This document shows, piece after piece, positions 38,993 to 47,277 of a stretch of DNA of 64,000 bases. The stretch comes from Candidatus Collierbacteria bacterium GW2011_GWA2_42_17 (GTDB lineage: Bacteria > Patescibacteriota > Microgenomatia > UBA1400 > MFAQ01): contig LCDA01000002.1 of the NCBI GenBank assembly GCA_000998275.1, positions 46,708-110,707 of the forward strand, in the 5' to 3' direction. The notes below the pieces were generated by a model. That model did no database searches. It was not told the DNA's origin and saw only the letters and a list, made by a program, of their open reading frames with translations. The number at the start of each line of letters is the position of its first letter. The first letter of the stretch is position 1. Position numbers and translations under genes: made by a program.

Positions 38993-40198
38993 ATGCCCAA
39001 CGATGACCTCGGAAGTTTCCCTATGCCTCAACAAACGCCCTCCGCCCCTGTAGAGCCTGTTGTCGCCGACAACGTAGCACCACCACCCATTACCTCACCG
39101 ATACCAAGCGAAGAAGGGTCACCTCAAATCGAACCCATCGTATCCACCACCATGGAAAATACTTCTCCGGCAACTCCACCGATTATCTCCCCGGAGACTC
39201 CCACTTCCGAACCTCAAACTCCTCAATTTCCTACCTTTGAAGAAACTCCAGAAGAAATTCCCTCGCAACAAATGTCTACCATTTTGGTTGATGAGCATGA
39301 AAAACTTGCCGCCGCCAACGAAAGTATGATCGAGAAACAATCCCCTTCGTTAACTTCACAGCCCGCACTCCAACCTGAACCGGTTAAGCCAGCCGAAACT
39401 CCACCCGAAGCTGCTCTTCCACCAAAATCCCGGTCCCTGGCCCCCGTTATTATCGTCATTCTCTTAATAGTTGCCGGTGTCGGCCTCGCCGCCGCCGCAT
39501 ATCTCTCTTCCCAGTCAAATAAACTCAAAACACAGCTTTCCGAAATTACACAGACTCTCGAAAAACAAAAAACAATTCTCACCCCTACCGTCACCCCTAC
39601 CGTTTTTCAAATCCCGACTCCCACAACTGCTACTCAAACTGCCGTCATTGCTACTTCCTCAGCTACCCCTACTACAACAACAATACCCATCAACACCGAG
39701 GAAATCCTCCCGCTAACAAACGCCGCTGCGGTTCTTAAAGTGGCCATCAACCACTCACCCAATGCTCAACTAATTCTCATTAAAGTCGACAACGCTACCG
39801 ACCCCTCAACCGTCGTTACCAAGTACTTTTTCCGTGAAGACTTGACCACCAAAAAGTACTTCTTTGTCTCCATTTCCAGCAATGGTATTCCCGAACTTAT
39901 TGATAAACAAATTTATGTTAATCCTGACAACAATATCCCTTCTCTAAACGACGCTGTTCTGACAAACAAAATGGGAATGGATCTTGGTGAAACCTTAAAA
40001 CTTACCTACACTCAATGCGCCAACCAAACCGCTTGTACCTCTGCCCCCGTTAAGGCGATGTACATCAATACCAGCTCAGGCATCACTTGGCAACTCTCTC
40101 TTTACACCAATGGTCTCTCCGCGACACCTCTTTTGATTCAAATAAACGCCGAGACAAAAGCCATCATTTACAAATCCCCCGAGTTCGCCAACAAATAA
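38993..40198 (+). CDS. Pro/Thr-rich single-pass membrane protein of unknown function (401 aa)
   Basis: Low-complexity P/T/E-rich N-terminal region, a TM helix (LAPVIIVILLIVAGVGLAAAAYL), and a C-terminal globular region. Confidence 0.5.
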   Translation: MPNDDLGSFPMPQQTPSAPVEPVVADNVAPPPITSPIPSEEGSPQIEPIVSTTMENTSPATPPIISPETPTSEPQTPQFPTFEETPEEIPSQQMSTILVDEHEKLAAANESMIEKQSPSLTSQPALQPEPVKPAETPPEAALPPKSRSLAPVIIVILLIVAGVGLAAAAYLSSQSNKLKTQLSEITQTLEKQKTILTPTVTPTVFQIPTPTTATQTAVIATSSATPTTTTIPINTEEILPLTNAAAVLKVAINHSPNAQLILIKVDNATDPSTVVTKYFFREDLTTKKYFFVSISSNGIPELIDKQIYVNPDNNIPSLNDAVLTNKMGMDLGETLKLTYTQCANQTACTSAPVKAMYINTSSGITWQLSLYTNGLSATPLLIQINAETKAIIYKSPEFANK

Positions 40199-40243
40199 TT
40201 TCTAAAACAAAATTTAATACATCACTCTTGTGTATTTTTTCTG

Positions 40244-40326
40244 TGCCAAGGACAAGATTCGAACTTGTGTAGGCTTGCGCCGCGGGTTTTACAGACCCGA
40301 GTATTTGACCACTCTACCACCTTGGC
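40244..40326 (-). tRNA. tRNA-Tyr (anticodon GTA), type II with a long variable arm; CCA not encoded
   Basis: Cloverleaf folded by hand. Acceptor GCCAAGG/CCTTGGC, anticodon loop CTGTAAA, T-loop TTCGAAT. Confidence 0.85.
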
Positions 40327-40343
40327 ATTACCCTTTTACAGGG

Positions 40344-40416
40344 AGCCGTTGTTGAGACTCGAACTCAATACCTTTCCCTTACCAAGGGAATGCTCTGCCA
40401 GGTGAGCTACAACGGC
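40344..40416 (-). tRNA. tRNA-Thr (anticodon GGT)
   Basis: Acceptor GCCGTTG/CAACGGC, D-stem GCTC/GAGC, anticodon loop TTGGTAA, T-loop TTCGAGT. Confidence 0.85.
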
Positions 40417-40441
40417 TAATTAACCAACACCATATTTTACC

Positions 40442-41074
40442 TCATTTCATGCCCAATTTCCCAAGCTCATTCATTATGTATGATTTTAGGTGGGTATTAA
40501 AGAATCCGACGGTCATCACTCCATGTTTACAAATCTTCTTGTAAGTTCCTTTCCCCATCGAGTGTATTGGTTTCGTTGTCTTTATAGTATCTGGATCAAT
40601 ACCAAGCATTCTTCCCCAATACTTCCTTGCCTTAACCAAATCATTATCTTTAAAGGTTTGTAAATAATAACCAAATTTATCTTCCTTTGCACGACAAATT
40701 ATTCTTAAATACAACATAAACTGCTTTATCACCCCAGGATCGGAATTGGTCACTCGAACTGCATAACTAGTAGTTTTATTTCCCTCTCCCCAATACAATC
40801 CCAAAGCTAAATACTTTAGCTTCACTTCATCTCTGGTTAATCTCGTTTTTATACAAAAAGGTTCACCATCAGGATTGTGTTTAATATAATTGGCTTCAGA
40901 ACGCTTTCTCCTTACAATCCCATACTTATCCATCCAATAAATTACTTTGTGTGTTTTAAACCCCAACTTTATCGCTATTTCCGAAAGCGATTGTTTTTTA
41001 TCGATATATAGCTCTTTTAACTCATCCTTGGTCGGGATTCTTGCCATATATCCATTATCCCGAAAAATACCCAA
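40442..41074 (-). CDS. Putative free-standing LAGLIDADG-like homing-endonuclease-family protein with an N-terminal HTH (210 aa)
   Basis: The motif YLALGLYWGEGN resembles LAGLIDADG (with GEG standing for GDG), followed by a hydrophobic stretch of the right spacing. N-terminal HTH-like segment SLSEIAIKLGFKTHKVIYWMDKYGI. Located between tRNA genes. Confidence 0.45.
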   Translation of the reverse strand: MGIFRDNGYMARIPTKDELKELYIDKKQSLSEIAIKLGFKTHKVIYWMDKYGIVRRKRSEANYIKHNPDGEPFCIKTRLTRDEVKLKYLALGLYWGEGNKTTSYAVRVTNSDPGVIKQFMLYLRIICRAKEDKFGYYLQTFKDNDLVKARKYWGRMLGIDPDTIKTTKPIHSMGKGTYKKICKHGVMTVGFFNTHLKSYIMNELGKLGMK

Positions 41075-41133
41075 ATGTCAAATCATTTATGGGTATCAAA
41101 AACAAGATTGTAAGGTAAAATATAGATTGTTGC

Positions 41134-41210
41134 GCCACCTTAGCTCAGTTGGCTAGAGCACCTGTTTTGTAAACAGGGGGTCCTGGGTTCGAATCCCAGA
41201 GGTGGCTCCA
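41134..41210 (+). tRNA. tRNA-Thr (anticodon TGT), CCA encoded
   Basis: Acceptor GCCACCT/AGGTGGC, anticodon loop TTTGTAA, T-loop TTCGAAT, 3' CCA. Confidence 0.85.
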
Positions 41211-41214
41211 ATTA

Positions 41215-41907
41215 TTACTTAAAATTCGACCCTACAATGACCATCAAATCGACTGCCGGCTTATCCTCGGCGGACTGTGTGGCCACTTCTCCTCCAACCA
41301 ACTGAGCCAGTTGTATAGCCTGACTTCCCCATTTTCCGGTTAAGTCAATAACTAATGTTTTCTGATAATCTGTCGTCTTGGCGGTCGCTTTTGCCGTTAC
41401 CGAAATTCCCAAAACCTTTTTATCTTTTATTCTCTGTTCCAATGTATTTGTTAAACCCACCGTCTTCGTCCCGTTTACCAATACCACCTTCAAAGGATTA
41501 TTCACGTCTGTCCCTGTAATAGTCAGGGAACCGTCCCCAATATTCACTGGTACCACATCTACAATTACATTTTTTGTCGGGTTGTAAATGTATGCCTTTT
41601 GCGCAATCGAATATATCAATATTTTATCCCCATTCTCCGCCTTGGCAAAAACAGGCTGATCCTTAAGCTTTTCCTTATCCGTCACTGTCGCCATCACCGG
41701 TTCTTCTCCTTCGGGTAGAATGACCAACTTACCCACCAAAGCGACAACTTTTGCCGTCTCTTCTTTAGCAATCTTATTTGGATCTTCTTTCAGCACCTGT
41801 ATCTCTGTTTTTAATTGCCGATTTTCTTTTGAAAGTTTTATCAATCCCCCTATACCTCCAAAAACGATTAACAACACCGCCGCTAAGATAACTTTTCGTT
41901 TGTCCAT
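41215..41907 (-). CDS. LytR_C (LytR/CpsA/Psr C-terminal) domain-containing membrane-anchored protein
   Basis: N-terminal TM plus coiled-coil, and a C-terminal region with a LytR_C-like pattern (KVVLVNGTKTVGLTNTL...KTLVID.....DLMVIVGSNF). Confidence 0.5.
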   Translation of the reverse strand: MDKRKVILAAVLLIVFGGIGGLIKLSKENRQLKTEIQVLKEDPNKIAKEETAKVVALVGKLVILPEGEEPVMATVTDKEKLKDQPVFAKAENGDKILIYSIAQKAYIYNPTKNVIVDVVPVNIGDGSLTITGTDVNNPLKVVLVNGTKTVGLTNTLEQRIKDKKVLGISVTAKATAKTTDYQKTLVIDLTGKWGSQAIQLAQLVGGEVATQSAEDKPAVDLMVIVGSNFK

Positions 41908-41953
41908 ATGTTTGTAATTAATTTAACTAAAAAACCACAATATTTCAAGTGTT

Positions 41954-44900
41954 TTACAAATTTCCACTTTCACTAGCCGTCTCCGTCGGCGTTATTACTA
42001 CCACTGGCGTTGGCGTAGGCGTCTCTGTTGGACTTGGGGTTGAGCTCAACTCAGTTGTAGGAGTTGGCGTTATGGTAGTTTCCAGTATTGGAGTTGGTTC
42101 AGGTGTTACCGTTTCACTTGGCAGGTCAACAACTCCCCCACTTCCTTCAAACTTGCCTGTTTCATTTACTGCTAGAGCAACCCAGGCAAATCGTAAATCC
42201 ATGCCGACTCCTCTACTCAAACGAATCTTAAAGCCTCTGGTATTTACATCGGCAATAGCATAACCGGGAATGTCGGCAACCGAAGCACCTCCTACAATTT
42301 GCACCGTGGCAGTTACCACTGGTTCGTCTTTATATTCTCTCTCAAACAAAATCTCCACTTGGCTGCCTCCAGTTTTAATCGTGGCAAAACCTGCTGTGTC
42401 TTTATTAAACGTTGGCCTTCCGACAAAGTTTACCTCTCCTCTAAAGATCACTTTGCCCAAAAACTCTACTGTGTTCCTAAACACCTCAGCTATTTTCTTG
42501 GAAATTAGGTCTAATATATCAATCTCACTCGAAGTATCACTTTGTATTTCACCGGCAGCCGTGGCCACTCCTGCTACCCGATCACTCAACAGACTCAGTT
42601 TCCTGGTCAAGATATCCACTCCTTCGATCCTCCCGGCCTTTATCGTATCTGCGTAAAGTATTCCTGAAAAAGTGGCGTCACCCGACACTAGTAGGTCCTG
42701 TGTCACCACTTTTGGAGTTATTATTTCCAGTCCGGCAACCACTCTGTCAGCTATTATGTCGGACATGTTTGCCGAGTCAGTCGCAACTTGATTTTTTTCC
42801 ATAATCAGATTAGTCAGCACCTCATAACCATTAGCTACATCAATTCCCTTCATCACTTCAGTAAGATTACTTCCGGTACTGTTACCATTCTTCACAAAAA
42901 CAATTACGACTCCAACTCCTTCTCCGTCATATCCGGTCATCGCCGTCCCAATTATTGCTCCGGCCTTTGTTGCTCTCATCGCCACCCCAGGAATGGATGA
43001 AGAAGTCAGATAATCTCCGGCCTTGATTTCCCCATTTTCCGCCGACACTTTTACTGGCACCCTTCCCGAAAGAGCTACCAGTACCGGAGTTCCCGATACA
43101 TTTCCGTCACCAAGCACCATTCCCGGTTTTGTCGATACTATTCCCAGTACTGTGGAATCATAAGTCTTTCTGGATTTCTGGACGCCATTCTGAATTGAAC
43201 TGTCAACAGAAACGACGTCTCCTTCAGCTATTGAGCCATCATTCGATGAATACACTTCCGCCAAATCAGCCCCGCCGACCTTGAAAGCTTCCAAGAAGCT
43301 ACCTGCTTTAACCGTCACGTTCGTTCCCACCCCTGCCGTATTTTCGGCAAACTGAAAATTGAAGGTCCCTGCCGTTGCTCCGGTAGTGATAATTCCCTGA
43401 ATCCAGACATCAAAACCTTGACCTGCATCTGAAGCAATATTGTTATTAACCATCTCGGCTGGGGTTGTACAGTCTGTAGTTAATGCTTGTAGAAATACAG
43501 CTCCTACTGACTCAGATCCCGACTGCTGAACACTACAAGTGGTAGCTGCAGGACCAAGAATCGCTGCTTTCCAATCCGGCCCGTTACTGCTTCCGTTAGT
43601 TACAATCAGATGCAGTCTGAACACCCAAGATTCACTGGCCGCCATTGAAAACTGTAAAGCTGTATCATTGGTCAGGGTGGTACTATTGGTCACCGCCTGG
43701 TCAGTAGATTTAGTAATAAACAACTTATCTCCCCCAATACAGTTTGTCCAAGCACCGTTTTGGTAACATCTGAATTTATTAGTACTAGTGTTGTAATAGG
43801 TAGCCCCGTTTGTTCCGATTGGATCGGCCGTTCCGTTATCCAGCACCAACAAATCTGGTGTCGCCGTGGCGCTGTTTCCGATTACTACCCTTCCTGTCGA
43901 CGATGTTGGACCAACCATAAAGTTCACATTTCCAGTTCCGGAATATAAGTTTAAAGCCGTTGCACCAGTTGTATTACCCATCGTTATCGTCTTTGCATTG
44001 GCATTGGTACCAATATTAATTGCTCCGGTTGTTCCCGAGTCGAGTGTCACTGTTCCTGTTGTTCCGGTTGTAAAGGACAGATTTCCGGAAGTACCGGTTA
44101 GTAAAGTAATTCCTCCCGTACCGGAGTTGATGTTGACCGAAGTAGACGTATTAGTATTTCCTAAGGTAATCGCTTTTGCCGAAGCTCCGGTTCCAATATT
44201 TAGAGACATCGCCCCGGTCCCTGTAAATAAATTTGCCGTCCCCGTTTGGGCAGTTCCTCCCATCGTAAAGGTTCCATTCGTCGTCGAAGTTCCGAAAGAA
44301 TACGTTGTTGCCCCTGCTCCATCCAAAATAAAGTTCCCCGTACCCGCATACATATTTAGGGCACCCGTTCCCGTCGCACTACCAATCGTAATTGTTTTTC
44401 CGGTCGCGCTATTACCGATGTTTATCGCCCCGACACCGGAATCGATATTAATCGCCTGAGCCAGTGTCGCGTTTCCAATAGTCACTCCACCAGCCGCCGT
44501 TGTATCAATTATCGGAAATGACCTGGCAAAAATACCCAAAGGTGCCGCCGTCGATGACGGTAATGTCCGAGCATTCAAAATATACTGTGATCCCGCACCA
44601 TTTATTGCCGCCGTCGTCTCCCCAAAAGTAAACGCTGTTTTTACGGCTGTTGTCAAAGCAAAGTTCCAAGCCTGTGCATTGTCGCCATTAGCAATGGTAC
44701 TTCCACCTAAAGCAGCCGAAATTGAATCGAGACTGGTACCACTTGCACTACAAGCCCACGCCGTCCCACTATATTTAAGAATCTCTCCCGATGAACAAGT
44801 TCGAAGTAATGACAAACCGGTACTATTTACTAACCCACCGCCGGTACTTAGTTGAACTGCCGAACCCGATACTTTATTTGCCGTTGTGATTGTTGATAGG

Positions 44901-47275
44901 CTAGTATCAGCAATATTGGAAAGTGTATTCAAACTGGCATCTATTGTTTTATTTGTCAAAGCTATCGCAGTGTCCGTCAAAACGACTTTTGTTCCGGTTC
45001 TGATTCTTGCCACACCACCAGTTTGATCAGTAATCACAAACTCTTCGGACGAAGTTGTCGCCGGTCCGAACTGAAGCGTCGTTACTGCTCCAACCGATGG
45101 AGAACCGTCTGATTCTGCCACGGTCACGGATCCTCCGCCTGTTGAATCCGCACTACATGTCCAACCGGTAGCCGCCGTCCATTTTAGAATTTGATTATCA
45201 CTACAAGTCCTAAGTAGCGACAAACCGGAATCATTCACCAAACCACCATTGGCATTTAATGTCGGTGACCCCGATGTACTATCCGTATTACACACCCAAG
45301 ACGTTCCATTGTATTTAAGGATCTCTCCTGATGCGCAGGTTCTGAGCAAAGACAAGCCAGTACTATCTACTAACCCACCGCCGGTACTTAGTTGAACTGC
45401 TGAACCCGATACTTTATTTGCCGTTGTGATTGTTGCCAAATTGGCATCGGTTATTCCCGCAGTCCCGGATAAATTTGAGTTCGTAAGTCCGGAAATAGTA
45501 TTGGCTCCGGCGGCAATCGTTTTATTTGTTAACGTCCCTGACTCATTCAGAAATACAAAGGTGTCATTCCCCGACAAAGCCGGAATCGTCGCTGTTCTAC
45601 TGGCACTTGGTGCTGTAGAGGAAATCGTTGTCGTATTGGTTGTTCCCAATACCAGCTGATTATTTACCTTGGTCAGTGTAAGTGAATTAAACGTTGGTGT
45701 CGCTGTTGAATCGATATTTTGGATCGTATTCACCGACCCACTAACTACACTAAAGTTTGTTGAGTTATAGTTTGCTACTCCTTTTAATGTTGTTGAGGCG
45801 TCCACTCCGGCAATTGTTACTGTTCCTCCAAGAGATACCGGTGAACCGCTCACCGAAATTCCACTCCCCGGAGAGACAAAGATACTACTGTTGGATAGCT
45901 GGCCATTGGTAATACCCGCAGAGGCCGCTAGATTAGCCGAGGTTAATCCTGAAATAGCTGTGTTCGTTACTCCACTCACTCTCCCGTTTGCGTCGGTCGT
46001 CAACACCGGAATGTCTGTCGCTGTGCCGTAGGTTCCGGCTGTTCCCACGCTGGGTAACACTCCCGCAATATTTATCGTTGTCCCGGACGCAGTTACCGTA
46101 TTTAATCCGCTGCCGGTAATCGTAAGACCCCCGGTTAAACTATTTATACTTGATACTCCCGTCCCCACCCCACTTACCGACTGACACTCCCATGAATCTC
46201 CATCCCAACTCAACACCTGGTCTATCGAACAGCCCGTCAAAAGACTCAAACCCGAGTCATTTGTTAACCCCCCTCCGCCTCTCAACGATACTGCGGCTCC
46301 GGATACTTTATTTGCCTCGGTAATTTGAGCCAGTTTTGCATTAGTTATCTCTCCATCACCAATTTTTCCCGACGTAATTGTCCCATCTGTTATTTTGGCT
46401 CCAGTCACAGCGGAATCAGCCAGTTTGATGGTCGTCACCGCCCCGTCAGCCAACTTCAGAGTTGTTATCGAACCATTTACAATCTGGGCATCACCAACCA
46501 CCCCACTATTGATTATGGCCAATCCGGTCACTGGATCTATCGTAATGGCTCCGGAAACTACCGATGGTGTAGGGGATATTTCTGCCCCTGGAAGAATCAC
46601 CGTCACGGTTTCTTGAGCTTGATCTAACCATTTAAAAACCTCTTTTCCAACAGCTGCAGTAGCTATATCCACCTCCTGCAAAGACGGTGTAATGCTTATA
46701 TTTTCAAAATTACCTCGAGTATCTATCGTACCCAAAATTTGGGAATTATCTTTTAGACTTCGCAGATCCACGTCCCCAACCATCTTACCGCCGTTTATTC
46801 TGCCGTTAATTATTTTTACGGGGAGCGTTGTTCCGTCGGTCAGTGTTATACCAACCACTCCGTGTAACACAATCATGGCGTTCTCTATTACTCGATTATC
46901 GTCATCATAGATATTTACCGTCCCCTTTATTTCCTGGGTCAGTTTTGCCTCACCATTTTGATAAACAAGTTCTGTAAGATCAACGTATTTTTCATTTTGA
47001 ATCTGTGCGTTTTGAACTTTTACAAATGCGTACTCTCCGTTGGTTCGTGCTATTACCAAATATGGCTGATTGCCCAAATTGCTCTCTGACAATACCTCCG
47101 GAGTTACTTCCGAAACAGCCTGAATTGTCACTTGTTTTTCAACAACAGCAGGCTTGATCTTGCCGCCACTAATTGCAAAAACAACCCCTCCCCCAGTAAT
47201 CACAAAAAACAGAATCAAGATAAAACGCACTACCTGATCATATTTATTTCCAGTAATTAGCTGAGAACCTTCCAT
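41954..47275 (-). CDS. Giant (1773 aa) N-terminally anchored repetitive surface protein, tail-fibre/adhesin-like
   Basis: N-terminal TM. Short (I/L)TxxKLADGAVT-type repeats. Four copies of a module ANKVSGSAVQL.TGGGLVxSTGLSLLRTC...ILK(Y/W)...W.C with a conserved Cys pair. Long G/T/S/N-rich beta-like tracts. A C-terminal PT-rich linker. The start codon abuts the stop of the upstream gene. Confidence 0.8.
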   Translation of the reverse strand: MEGSQLITGNKYDQVVRFILILFFVITGGGVVFAISGGKIKPAVVEKQVTIQAVSEVTPEVLSESNLGNQPYLVIARTNGEYAFVKVQNAQIQNEKYVDLTELVYQNGEAKLTQEIKGTVNIYDDDNRVIENAMIVLHGVVGITLTDGTTLPVKIINGRINGGKMVGDVDLRSLKDNSQILGTIDTRGNFENISITPSLQEVDIATAAVGKEVFKWLDQAQETVTVILPGAEISPTPSVVSGAITIDPVTGLAIINSGVVGDAQIVNGSITTLKLADGAVTTIKLADSAVTGAKITDGTITSGKIGDGEITNAKLAQITEANKVSGAAVSLRGGGGLTNDSGLSLLTGCSIDQVLSWDGDSWECQSVSGVGTGVSSINSLTGGLTITGSGLNTVTASGTTINIAGVLPSVGTAGTYGTATDIPVLTTDANGRVSGVTNTAISGLTSANLAASAGITNGQLSNSSIFVSPGSGISVSGSPVSLGGTVTIAGVDASTTLKGVANYNSTNFSVVSGSVNTIQNIDSTATPTFNSLTLTKVNNQLVLGTTNTTTISSTAPSASRTATIPALSGNDTFVFLNESGTLTNKTIAAGANTISGLTNSNLSGTAGITDANLATITTANKVSGSAVQLSTGGGLVDSTGLSLLRTCASGEILKYNGTSWVCNTDSTSGSPTLNANGGLVNDSGLSLLRTCSDNQILKWTAATGWTCSADSTGGGSVTVAESDGSPSVGAVTTLQFGPATTSSEEFVITDQTGGVARIRTGTKVVLTDTAIALTNKTIDASLNTLSNIADTSLSTITTANKVSGSAVQLSTGGGLVNSTGLSLLRTCSSGEILKYSGTAWACSASGTSLDSISAALGGSTIANGDNAQAWNFALTTAVKTAFTFGETTAAINGAGSQYILNARTLPSSTAAPLGIFARSFPIIDTTAAGGVTIGNATLAQAINIDSGVGAINIGNSATGKTITIGSATGTGALNMYAGTGNFILDGAGATTYSFGTSTTNGTFTMGGTAQTGTANLFTGTGAMSLNIGTGASAKAITLGNTNTSTSVNINSGTGGITLLTGTSGNLSFTTGTTGTVTLDSGTTGAINIGTNANAKTITMGNTTGATALNLYSGTGNVNFMVGPTSSTGRVVIGNSATATPDLLVLDNGTADPIGTNGATYYNTSTNKFRCYQNGAWTNCIGGDKLFITKSTDQAVTNSTTLTNDTALQFSMAASESWVFRLHLIVTNGSSNGPDWKAAILGPAATTCSVQQSGSESVGAVFLQALTTDCTTPAEMVNNNIASDAGQGFDVWIQGIITTGATAGTFNFQFAENTAGVGTNVTVKAGSFLEAFKVGGADLAEVYSSNDGSIAEGDVVSVDSSIQNGVQKSRKTYDSTVLGIVSTKPGMVLGDGNVSGTPVLVALSGRVPVKVSAENGEIKAGDYLTSSSIPGVAMRATKAGAIIGTAMTGYDGEGVGVVIVFVKNGNSTGSNLTEVMKGIDVANGYEVLTNLIMEKNQVATDSANMSDIIADRVVAGLEIITPKVVTQDLLVSGDATFSGILYADTIKAGRIEGVDILTRKLSLLSDRVAGVATAAGEIQSDTSSEIDILDLISKKIAEVFRNTVEFLGKVIFRGEVNFVGRPTFNKDTAGFATIKTGGSQVEILFEREYKDEPVVTATVQIVGGASVADIPGYAIADVNTRGFKIRLSRGVGMDLRFAWVALAVNETGKFEGSGGVVDLPSETVTPEPTPILETTITPTPTTELSSTPSPTETPTPTPVVVITPTETASESGNL
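44767..45436. repeat. Two near-identical (2-3 mismatches) intragenic direct repeats of about 130 bp, 540 bp apart, inside the giant gene
   Basis: 44767..44896 against 45307..45436, compared by eye. They correspond to module copies 2 and 4. More diverged copies lie at about 45180-45260 and 46180-46330. Confidence 0.85.
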
Positions 47276-47277
47276 TT

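Noticed and set aside
42270-46910. Numerous plus-strand ORFs inside the giant minus-strand gene (for example 43866..44459, 42270..42656)
   Set aside because: Antisense to a continuous 5.3-kb coding frame. Repetitive A/P/V-rich translations are typical of shadow ORFs in G/T-rich repeat genes.
41954-47275. Possibility that the internal repeats mark a diversity-generating retroelement (TR/VR pair)
   Set aside because: The repeats are in-frame tandem protein modules within one gene, not a template/variable pair. No reverse transcriptase is present in the window, and the substitutions between copies are not adenine-specific by eye.
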